DNA from: Planctomycetota bacterium
GTDB taxonomy: Bacteria; Planctomycetota; B15-G4
DNA: 64,000 nt
Direction: 5' to 3'
Assembly (NCBI GenBank): GCA_038212275.1
Contig: JBBQUR010000013.1
Coordinates: 32,001 to 96,000 of the forward strand
Shown: positions 9,697-17,756 of the stretch, one piece after another
How positions within the stretch are numbered: position 1 is the stretch's first letter
Layout of the letters: every line of letters begins with the position of its first letter
Made by a program: the position numbers and the translations under genes
The notes under the pieces: generated by a model
The model's database searches: none
What the model was told of the DNA's origin: nothing
What the model saw: the letters and a program-made list of their open reading frames with translations, nothing else

Positions 9697-10236
9697 ATGA
9701 CCCGTCACACCGGTCCGATCCTCGTCCTGCTCGCCTTGCTGGGCATGTTTGCCGTTCGCTGGGATGTCTCGCGCCGCGCCGACGCGATCCTCGTCGGCGA
9801 GGCGCAGGCGCGCGCAACCATCTCGGCCCTCTCCGTGGCCTGCCAGGCAGCGCTCGCTCGCATCGGTCGGCTGCCGGAGCTGCGCGAAGCCGCCTCGTCG
9901 GCGGGCACTCGGGTGAGCGGACTTCCGGACCTCGGCAGCGAGGGCGTCGCCTTCGCCAGCGATGACCTGTACGTCTACGGGCTGGCCTCGCGCCCCCACC
10001 GCGACGAGACCGGCCGCGAGATGGTGGCGGGATTCGTGCTGCGCGCATGGCCGCTCCGCTTCGGCGCCACGGGTGACCTGGAGTACCAGATCGGCGACGA
10101 CGGGCAGCTCTGGGAGGGCCAGAATCGCGCCGGACGCAGCGGGACGACCTACGCCTTCCCGCCGCCGTTTCCCGAGCCAGGTCTCGGCCTTGTGGGCACC
10201 GCGTGGTGGCCGGTCGCCGGAAACGATCACAGGTAG
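9697..10236 (+). CDS. Membrane-anchored hypothetical protein with a DUF2950/pilin-like C-terminal motif
   Basis: N-terminal TM helix; GFVLRAWPLRFGATGDLEYQIGDDGQLWE resembles the AWP.xYG.TG..F....G motif; TAGGAT -10 box 7 nt upstream. Confidence 0.6.
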   Translation: MTRHTGPILVLLALLGMFAVRWDVSRRADAILVGEAQARATISALSVACQAALARIGRLPELREAASSAGTRVSGLPDLGSEGVAFASDDLYVYGLASRPHRDETGREMVAGFVLRAWPLRFGATGDLEYQIGDDGQLWEGQNRAGRSGTTYAFPPPFPEPGLGLVGTAWWPVAGNDHR

Positions 10237-11873
10237 TTCCAGAAGATCAACTGGCCGCGTGCCTTGACGGCCGGATCGTGCCACTCGGCGAGCACGTCGC
10301 GCAGCATGGCCTCGCGTGCCCCGCCGGACAGACGCGCCAGACAGTCGATGGCAAAAAGCCTCTGTCGGTCCGGAAGAGTCTCGTCGAGCGCGATCTCCCG
10401 CAGGCCCGGAAGCGACTCGGGAAGTCCGCTGTCCGCGGCATTGCGCAGGAAGAGCTCGCGCCCCAGTGGCGTTCCCAGATCCTCCTGCAATCTCGACACG
10501 CCGGGCACGCCGAGTCGCGGCAGGAGAACCAGCATCTGTTCGCCCGCGGCGGCATCGCGCCCCATGACATCCAGCGCAAATCGGACGACGGCGTCCGCGC
10601 CCTGCTCGGGAGCCACGTGCGCCAGGAGCCGGCAAAGCAGCAGGCGCTCCTCGTCGCGAAGTGCGGGATCTTCCATCCGCTTCAGTGCGATCTCGGCGAA
10701 GCCCGGCGGACAGCGGTTGGCAACGATGATGCGGTCGACGGTGCTGCCGAGCGGCGAGCCGATGAGAGTCCGCAACTCCTCGCGCGTGATCTCCTCGGCC
10801 CACGGATGCTGCCTCATGTAGAGGGCCCCGATGATGTCGTCGTGCACGGAGTTCGTGCGGTCCGCCGCGAGGTCGAGCAGCAGCTCCATGGCCATGCTCT
10901 TGTCGGGGTGATCGGTGTCCAGCGCGACGATCATCACCTGCGCCATGGCGAGCAATTCGACCCGACTCGCGGTCCCGACAAGTTCGCGCCAGCGTGACTG
11001 GCCGGCCACCTTGTGCGCGATGTCGAGCGCGCGCCAGGCGTTGATCCGCGTGCCGGGATCGCTTCCCGCGAGCATCGCCTCGAACGCGGCGGCTCCCTGC
11101 GGATCACCTTGCTCCAGAAGCGTCGTGAGCGCAACGAGTCGCGCGCTCATGCCTGCCGTCTTCGCGATGGCATGGAGCACCGGCGTCACGGCCTCGGGGT
11201 CCTGGAAATCCCGAAGCGCCGCGAGATAGGCAAGGTCCGGATCGGACGGCTGCGCCGTCACCTCGGCGAGAATCACGGCCTGCGCTTCGGCATCGCCGGA
11301 CCTGGCACGTTCGGCGAGCGCGCCGCGCGCATGGCTGCGAACATCCGGATCGGCGTCGAGCAGCCGCGGCAGGATGCCGTCCAGCCCGGCACGATCGTGC
11401 ACGCGCGCCAGCGCGCGCAGTGCCGCCTTGGCGGGAAGAGGCTGTTGCGACCGTGCGCGGCGAACCAGTTCCGCGACAACCCCGGGCTCGCTCTCGTCCT
11501 CCTCGCCGAGCACGGCCACCAGCTTCTCGGCGAGCACCGGATCAGCATCCGCCACGGACGAGAGACGACGCAGCAGTTCCGGAGCGAGCGTGCCGCGCGC
11601 CGCGCCCAGCGCACGGCGCGTGGCCGTCAGCGAGGCATGACCACCCCATGCCAGCCGATCCAGCTCCCTGAGGATTGCGTCATCTCCATGCTGGCGAGCC
11701 CAGCTGGGCGGCTCGTCGAGTTCCAGCGGCGGCACGTCCAGCGGGTCGAGCACGGCCAGCGAGCTGCCCTCGCGCCTCGGCAGCAGAAACACGAGCCCGA
11801 TCAGCACCGCGGCTGCAAGCAGAGGCAGCAGGGTTCTGGGGAACGAGTTGTGACCTGAGGGCTTGGTTTCCAT
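10227..11873 (-). CDS. Membrane-anchored HEAT-repeat protein
   Basis: N-terminal TM helix; repeats such as LLDADPDVRSHARGAL and SDPGTRINAWRAL. Confidence 0.7.
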   Translation of the reverse strand: METKPSGHNSFPRTLLPLLAAAVLIGLVFLLPRREGSSLAVLDPLDVPPLELDEPPSWARQHGDDAILRELDRLAWGGHASLTATRRALGAARGTLAPELLRRLSSVADADPVLAEKLVAVLGEEDESEPGVVAELVRRARSQQPLPAKAALRALARVHDRAGLDGILPRLLDADPDVRSHARGALAERARSGDAEAQAVILAEVTAQPSDPDLAYLAALRDFQDPEAVTPVLHAIAKTAGMSARLVALTTLLEQGDPQGAAAFEAMLAGSDPGTRINAWRALDIAHKVAGQSRWRELVGTASRVELLAMAQVMIVALDTDHPDKSMAMELLLDLAADRTNSVHDDIIGALYMRQHPWAEEITREELRTLIGSPLGSTVDRIIVANRCPPGFAEIALKRMEDPALRDEERLLLCRLLAHVAPEQGADAVVRFALDVMGRDAAAGEQMLVLLPRLGVPGVSRLQEDLGTPLGRELFLRNAADSGLPESLPGLREIALDETLPDRQRLFAIDCLARLSGGAREAMLRDVLAEWHDPAVKARGQLIFWNYL

Positions 11874-11960
11874 ATCGGGAGGCACCCTAGCGTGCGCGGC
11901 CCATCCGGGTCACGCGTCGGTCGGCGGGAGTTTCCCGCCGGGATCCGGCGTCGCAGACCT

Positions 11961-11990
11961 TTGACAGTGGGCCGCGGCCGTTGCTAGCCT
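11961..11990 (+). promoter_or_regulatory. Sigma70-type promoter for the lipoprotein pair
   Basis: TTGACA (11961-11966), 18-nt spacer, TG-extended TAGCCT (11985-11990). Confidence 0.6.
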
Positions 11991-12018
11991 GACTCTCTCA
12001 TCGCCCCGGATGGAACGC

Positions 12019-12261
12019 ATGACTCGCAAGCTTGCCCGATCCCTGTCCGCGCTGGCTCTTGCGGCGTATTTGTCGACCACTCTCACGGGCTGCGTCTCCC
12101 CGTTCAGCGCGCACGCCGAAGATGTCACGGAGGCGTGGGGCCGGAAGGCCCACTCGATGCATCGGCAGTACGACCGCTACATCCTCGGTTTCGACTGGGA
12201 TGACCCGTACCAGGCCTGGCACGATCCCTCCTACGCGACGGGCCCGGATCCGCAGCACTGA
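12019..12261 (+). CDS. Small predicted lipoprotein
   Basis: MTRKLARSLSALALAAYLSTTLTGC lipobox; aromatic/acidic C-terminal part DRYILGFDWDDPY; downstream of a good promoter; TGATG coupling to the next gene. Confidence 0.7.
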   Translation: MTRKLARSLSALALAAYLSTTLTGCVSPFSAHAEDVTEAWGRKAHSMHRQYDRYILGFDWDDPYQAWHDPSYATGPDPQH

Positions 12262-13334
12262 TGCGGACTGTGTCGGCTGCGCTGGCGCTGCTGGCGTTGC
12301 TGGCGCTGATCCCGGGATGTGGCATGTTCTCCCGCGAGGCGGAGTTGCGCCCCGCGTTGAGCGACGATCCTGATGCCGCGACCCTGCGGACGCTGCGTGG
12401 AGCAGATCCCCTCGTTCCGCTGACCTGGCTCGTCTCTGCAAGCAGCGCCCCCGATCCCGAGGCGGCGCTCGCCATCGTCGACCGTGGACTGGAGTATCTT
12501 CCGGGCCAGCCGGACCTCACCTGGATGCGCATCACGCTGCTGAAGCAGCTCGAGCGTCGGCCCGACGAACTGGCCGCCACGACGCTCGCCCTCGGCAAGG
12601 GGCCGGTCGGTGCACTCGTGCCGGAGCTGCTCACGTTCCGGCTGGATGGGCACCTCGCCACGGATGACCTGGTCAGCGCGGAAGCCGATGCCCTAGCTCT
12701 CGGCGCGGTGTCGCAGAGCGACCCGCGGACGGCCTCTTCGGCGTGGGCAGCACTTGCGCTGGCCGATGAACTCTCGAGCAATCCGGACCAGGCCGACGCG
12801 TGCATGGACCTCAGCCTCGCAAGCGGCCCTCGCGGCCTGCTCGCGCTGCGGCAGCAATCGGGCCTCGACCGCACCCGTGTCCGGGCCGCCACCGGGATCG
12901 TGGTGCGCGCCAGTCAGCGCCACCCGCAGGATGCCGACGTCTTCCTCTGGCTTGCGGTGCAGGCCATGCTCGACGACCAGCTCGATGTCGCGCGCTCCAC
13001 CCTCGACAAGCTGCCTGCGCCGCTGCCTCCGCGCCTGATCCCGGACCGGGAGGCGCTGTACGCACGCCTGGACCTGCTTCAGGGTCACGTCGCGGAAGGA
13101 CTTGCCAGACTGCGGGAGCGGCTCGATGCCTACCCCAGCGAAACCGGCGCCATGGCCGTGCTGATGGAGTGCTGGAACCAGTACGGCAAACCATCCGATG
13201 AGGAGATGCAGGCACGCCTGCGGGCTGCCTTGCGCCGCAATCCGGACCCGGCGCTGGCCGGCGCCATGCAGGCCGCGCTGAAGGCGATCGAGCAGCGCGC
13301 GGCGGCACCGGCCGCCCCCGCCGCCGGCAGCTAA
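12261..13334 (+). CDS. TPR-like lipoprotein
   Basis: Signal peptide ending LIPGC; helical TPR-like repeats. Confidence 0.7.
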   Translation: MRTVSAALALLALLALIPGCGMFSREAELRPALSDDPDAATLRTLRGADPLVPLTWLVSASSAPDPEAALAIVDRGLEYLPGQPDLTWMRITLLKQLERRPDELAATTLALGKGPVGALVPELLTFRLDGHLATDDLVSAEADALALGAVSQSDPRTASSAWAALALADELSSNPDQADACMDLSLASGPRGLLALRQQSGLDRTRVRAATGIVVRASQRHPQDADVFLWLAVQAMLDDQLDVARSTLDKLPAPLPPRLIPDREALYARLDLLQGHVAEGLARLRERLDAYPSETGAMAVLMECWNQYGKPSDEEMQARLRAALRRNPDPALAGAMQAALKAIEQRAAAPAAPAAGS

Positions 13335-14245
13335 GTCCTGAGCTCCAGCGCGCGCTCCACGTCGGCGACGACGGTCGCCAGGTCGGCATCGGGTGCCACG
13401 TGCACCCATGTGATGCCGGGCAGGCTGGACAGGAACATGCGCTGCTTGCGCTGAAGCTGCCGCGTGCGGGTGATGATGGTCGGCAGGATCCGGTCTTCGC
13501 GCAGTGTGCCGGACCGCCAGGCGAGCACCTCCGCGTATCCGATCGCCCGACTGGCTTCGCGACCGAAGGGTGCCTGCGCGAGCAATTCGTCCACTTCGGC
13601 GACGAGACCTCGCTCCAGCATCGCCGCGGCGCGAGCCGACTGCCGCACCATCGCGTCGTCCGCGCTGCGCGCGAGCGCGGCTACGACGATCCGGCCTTCG
13701 ATCACCGGGTGCGTGTGCTCCCGCTGCCACACGGAGAGCGGCCGGCCCGTGAGCACTGCCACTTCGAGCGCGCGCAGCAACCGCTTCGCGTCACCGGGTG
13801 AAAGGCGGGCCGCGCTGTCGGGATCAAGGGCGGCGAGGCGAGCGCGGATGGCAGCCTCTCCGTCGCGGGCCCAGAGCGCTGCGTGCTCGGCCCTCAGGAC
13901 AGGATCCGCGGGCGGAGCCTCGCACAAGCCGAGCAGCAGCGCGCGCAGATAGAGCGGCGTGCCACCGGCAAAAAGCACCTCGCCACCCACACGCTCGACC
14001 TCCGCGCGCGCGGCCCGGCAGTACGCCCCCACGGAGAACCCCCCGTCGTGGCCGATCAGGTCGAGGAGCGCGAAGGGCGCGCGTGCGAGCAGCGCGGCAT
14101 CCGGCTTGTCGGTGCCGATGTTCATGCCGCGATAGACCTTCATGCTGTCCATGGACAGCAGCGGCAACCCGTGTCGCGCGAAGAGTTCGGCCGCGACGGC
14201 CTTCTTGCCGCAGGCGGTGCCGCCCACCAGCACGCGCTGGATCAC
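13331..14245 (-). CDS. miaA: tRNA dimethylallyltransferase
   Basis: GGTACGKK, DSMKVYRGMNIGTDKP, GGTPLYL, RALEV, AIGYAE, TRQLQRKQ. Confidence 0.95.
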   Translation of the reverse strand: MIQRVLVGGTACGKKAVAAELFARHGLPLLSMDSMKVYRGMNIGTDKPDAALLARAPFALLDLIGHDGGFSVGAYCRAARAEVERVGGEVLFAGGTPLYLRALLLGLCEAPPADPVLRAEHAALWARDGEAAIRARLAALDPDSAARLSPGDAKRLLRALEVAVLTGRPLSVWQREHTHPVIEGRIVVAALARSADDAMVRQSARAAAMLERGLVAEVDELLAQAPFGREASRAIGYAEVLAWRSGTLREDRILPTIITRTRQLQRKQRMFLSSLPGITWVHVAPDADLATVVADVERALELRT

Positions 14246-15525
14246 GGCGAAGGCGAAGGCCGCACGACCGCCACGGCCAGTGCGTCCTGGCGCACGTGCT
14301 CGCGCAGGCGAAGCTCGAGATCCTCGATCCGGAGTGCATCCACGAGCGGGAGAGCCACGAAGGGCTGCACGCCGCGAAAGTGATCCGAGAGCAGCGAGTA
14401 CGCGACATTTTCCGGCGAATCGAGCCCCTGCAGCATGCTTCCGTGCAGCTTGCGCCGGACGCGCCCGAAGGCCGTGCGGTCGAGGCCTGTCGTGAGCGCG
14501 CGGTCGAGCACGGCACGCAGCTCTCTCTCGAGTCGCTCGGGATCGTCGGTGTCACCACCGATCGTCGTGAATCCGAAGCTCGACTCGGCGGAGTGACTGG
14601 CCGCGAAACTCTCGTCGATGAGGCCGTCCTCGTACAGCCGCTCGAAAGCGGCCGACGAGCGGCCGAAGAGCATGTCCACGAGGATGCGTGTCGACAATTC
14701 CCGACGCGTGACCTCAAGGCCGCTGCCTCCGAGCACGGCCTCCTTGATCCCGAGCAGCACGCGCGGGCGCGCCACGGGCAGTTCGACATCGAAACGCTCG
14801 GCGCTCACGGCGCCGGGTTCATCGACGGGGCCGCGCACGTGTGCGGGAAGCAGGTCCACGGGTCGCCCCGCCTGGTCGGCCTCCACCAGCGCGGCAACCT
14901 CGGACGGGTCGAGCCGCCCGGCCACGCTCAGGCAGAGGTTGCGCGGGTGATAGAAGAGGTCGTAGCAACGACGAAGCGTTGCGGCGTCGATGGCGGCAAT
15001 GGACTCGACGCTGCCTGCGATGTTGTCGCGCACCGGATGCCGTGCGTAGAGGCACGTCAGCAGCCCGAAGAACAGCCGCCAGTCCGGATCGTCGTCGTAC
15101 ATCCGGATTTCCTGGCCGATGATGCCCTGCTCCTTGGCCACCAGCGCATCCGTGAACCACGGGTCCTGCACGAAGTCGAGCAGCAGGTCGAGGCTTGCGG
15201 CCGGGTCCTCCACCGCGGACGCGATGTAGGTCGTGCCGCAGAAGCCGGTCATCGCATTGGTGGACGCGCCGAGCGTCGAGAAGCGATCCGAGACGTCGCC
15301 GTCCTTGTCCTCGAAGAGCTTGTGTTCGAGGAAGTGGGCCAGCCCTTCGGGCACGGGCTGTCCCGTGGCGCCGCTCACGCGGTCCACGGAGCCGAAGTTG
15401 GTGCCCAGCGCGGCAAAGGTGCGCTCGAACTCGGGTCGTGGCGCCACCAGCACCGTCAGGCCGCTGGCGGCCGTGCCGCGGAGAATGGTCTCGCCGAGCG
15501 GATTGGGCACGGGATCCAGCTTCAC
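14242..15525 (-). CDS. M16 zinc peptidase, YmfH-like catalytic subunit
   Basis: GLAHFLEHKLFE (HxxEH), DFVQDPWFT..VAKEQGIIGQEIRMYDDDPDW, FYHPRNL. Confidence 0.9.
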   Translation of the reverse strand: MKLDPVPNPLGETILRGTAASGLTVLVAPRPEFERTFAALGTNFGSVDRVSGATGQPVPEGLAHFLEHKLFEDKDGDVSDRFSTLGASTNAMTGFCGTTYIASAVEDPAASLDLLLDFVQDPWFTDALVAKEQGIIGQEIRMYDDDPDWRLFFGLLTCLYARHPVRDNIAGSVESIAAIDAATLRRCYDLFYHPRNLCLSVAGRLDPSEVAALVEADQAGRPVDLLPAHVRGPVDEPGAVSAERFDVELPVARPRVLLGIKEAVLGGSGLEVTRRELSTRILVDMLFGRSSAAFERLYEDGLIDESFAASHSAESSFGFTTIGGDTDDPERLERELRAVLDRALTTGLDRTAFGRVRRKLHGSMLQGLDSPENVAYSLLSDHFRGVQPFVALPLVDALRIEDLELRLREHVRQDALAVAVVRPSPSP

Positions 15526-16808
15526 GTGCGCGTGCCCTCCAGAACGAAGACTGTGTCGAGTTCGCAGCCGGCAGCCACGGCGGCCACCTCGTCCGGCGTC
15601 ACGCGCTGCAACTCGTCGAGGGCGCCGTCAAGCGACCACGCGCGCCCGTTCATGAGCCCGGACAAGCGGAAGGCGAGCAGGCCGCGCGACGAGTCCCTGA
15701 GGTTGCGCAACCGGCGCCGCTGCGCCCGTCGCGACAACTCGAGTTCTTCGAGGCCGACGCCGTCGCGCGCCAGTCGGGCCAGTTCCTCGAGCACCAGCTC
15801 CTGGGTTCGCGCCGCGGAGATGGCATCCACGCCGGCCTGCACGACGAGCATTGCGTTGTCGATCGAGACGGCGGCGCTGCAGCCGTAGGCCAGGCTTTCC
15901 TTCTCGCGCACGCGCTTGAACAGCCGGCTGTGACTTTCGCCGCCGAACACGAGGCCGAAGAGCGCCGCCGCCGCGCCGGGGAGCAGGTCGGCAGGGATCC
16001 GGAATCCCATCGCCAGCTTGCTCTGGTTGAGCGACTCGGCTTCCCTGAGCCGCTGCACGGCGCGCACCGGCAGGCGCGGCGGACCGATCGGGCCGGAGAG
16101 AGCAAGGCGTTCGTGTCCCCCGGCCAGCGCGGCTGCGGCCCCGATCGCTTCCTCTTCGGATACGTCACCCACGATGAAGAGTCTTCCGGGAAGATGGGTG
16201 GCAGCCTCGCGCCACGCAGCATGCACCGTGCGCTCGTCGAGCGCCTGCGCCTGCTCCACCGTGCCCCAGCTGTGCAACGCGCGCGGCGTCCCCGCGTGCA
16301 TCGCCTCGACCATGCGCCGATAGGCGTAAAGGCCCTTGTCGTCGGCGATGCCCTTGATGGCGTGCACCAGATTGGTGCGCTCCTGCTCGATCACCTCGGG
16401 CCGGAAGCACCCGTCCACCAGGGGCGGGTCGTGCATGACCTCGGCCAGCAGCGCGACGGCCTCGCGGAAGACCGGCACCCCCTCGGCATGCCGGTCGGCG
16501 ACCGCCTGGAGTCCGAAGCGCAACAGCTGGACCGACCCGTGCGCCGCCACCGACGAATGGAGTTCGGCCGCATACAGGTCCTCGCAGCGCGCCGCCATCT
16601 GAGCCAGGCCGGGCGAGGTGCGCGTGCCGCGCGTCAGCAGGTCCGGAAGGAGGGCGAAGGCGGCCCGGCGCTCGTCCAGCGGACGCTCGACCACCCACTG
16701 GAGGTGGACCGTCTTGTACTTCCGGGAGCGCTGCAGGTGGACCTCGACGCCTCCTGGCGCGGTCAGGATCGAGAATCCGTCGATGGGAGTGGGTGCCATG
16801 GCCGTCAT
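15522..16808 (-). CDS. M16 peptidase non-catalytic subunit, YmfF-like
   Basis: No HxxEH; KYKT, NQSKLAMGF and GGESHSRLFKRVREKESLAY motifs; coupled to the catalytic partner. Confidence 0.85.
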   Translation of the reverse strand: MTAMAPTPIDGFSILTAPGGVEVHLQRSRKYKTVHLQWVVERPLDERRAAFALLPDLLTRGTRTSPGLAQMAARCEDLYAAELHSSVAAHGSVQLLRFGLQAVADRHAEGVPVFREAVALLAEVMHDPPLVDGCFRPEVIEQERTNLVHAIKGIADDKGLYAYRRMVEAMHAGTPRALHSWGTVEQAQALDERTVHAAWREAATHLPGRLFIVGDVSEEEAIGAAAALAGGHERLALSGPIGPPRLPVRAVQRLREAESLNQSKLAMGFRIPADLLPGAAAALFGLVFGGESHSRLFKRVREKESLAYGCSAAVSIDNAMLVVQAGVDAISAARTQELVLEELARLARDGVGLEELELSRRAQRRRLRNLRDSSRGLLAFRLSGLMNGRAWSLDGALDELQRVTPDEVAAVAAGCELDTVFVLEGTRT

Positions 16809-16937
16809 GAGGGGGCGGACCATAGCGCAACGCCGACGGCGCTGCGAGAGCCGCGCATGCCGGCCGGAGTCGGGAATCCGGCCAGAGGGCGGAGCCAGGC
16901 AGTTGGTTCCGGAGCTTCCGTGCCTGATAATCGCGAG

Positions 16938-17756
16938 ATGCACGGAGTGTCTTCCGCCCCGCGGGCCTTACCCTCCCTGCTGAACTGTGTCCGACCCTGG
17001 CTGATCGGCGTGCTGCACCTGCCCGCCCTGCCAGGGGCACCACGGTCCCGACTGGCCGTGGAGGTCGTGGCTGCGCAAGCGGCCGACGACGCGCGGACGC
17101 TCCAGGATTGCGGTTTCACGGCCGTGCTCATCGAGAACTTTCATGACTCTCCCTTTCGCCCGGGTCGCGTGGACCCGGAGACCGTCGCGGCGCTGGCCGT
17201 CGTCGGTGCGGCCGTACGCAGCGCCTGCAGCCTCCCGCTCGGCGTCAACGTGCTCCGCAACGACGCGCTTGCAGCGCTCGGCATCGCCATCGCCGTGGGC
17301 GGAAGCTTCCTTCGCGTGAACGTGCTCGCCGGAGCCGCCGTCACCGACCAGGGCCTGGTTCAAGGCGAGGCTGACGTGCTGCTCCGGCGGCGCACAGCCC
17401 TGCACGCTGACCAGGTCGCGATCCTGGCCGATGTGGACGTGAAACACGCGACGTCGCTGGACACCCGGCCCATCGGCCTGCGCGCGCGCGATCTTGTCGC
17501 GCGCGCCGGCGCCGACGCCGTGCTGGTGACCGGCGACGCCACCGGCCTGGCCGTGGACGGCGACCTGCTCGCTGCCGTGGCCGGTGCCGTCTCTCCCGTG
17601 CCCGTGCTTGCCGCAAGCGGCGTCCGGGTCGACAGCGTGCGCGCCACGCTGTCCCGCTGCGCCGGCGTGGTCGTCGGCACCGCACTCAAGAACCCGGACA
17701 CCGGTCGCGTGGATCGCGCACGCGCCGCTGCCCTGCTGGACTCCGCTCGAGCATGA
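16938..17756 (+). CDS. BtpA/SgcQ family TIM-barrel protein
   Basis: IGVLHLPALPG, IENFHDSPF, GVNVLRND, ADVDVKH, VTGDATG; start ATG 16938, 6 nt after GATAAT. Confidence 0.9.
   Translation: MHGVSSAPRALPSLLNCVRPWLIGVLHLPALPGAPRSRLAVEVVAAQAADDARTLQDCGFTAVLIENFHDSPFRPGRVDPETVAALAVVGAAVRSACSLPLGVNVLRNDALAALGIAIAVGGSFLRVNVLAGAAVTDQGLVQGEADVLLRRRTALHADQVAILADVDVKHATSLDTRPIGLRARDLVARAGADAVLVTGDATGLAVDGDLLAAVAGAVSPVPVLAASGVRVDSVRATLSRCAGVVVGTALKNPDTGRVDRARAAALLDSARA

Noticed and set aside
15195..17756. 853-aa plus-strand ORF as a BtpA fusion
   Set aside because: The upstream part is antisense to the M16 genes; BtpA starts at 16938.
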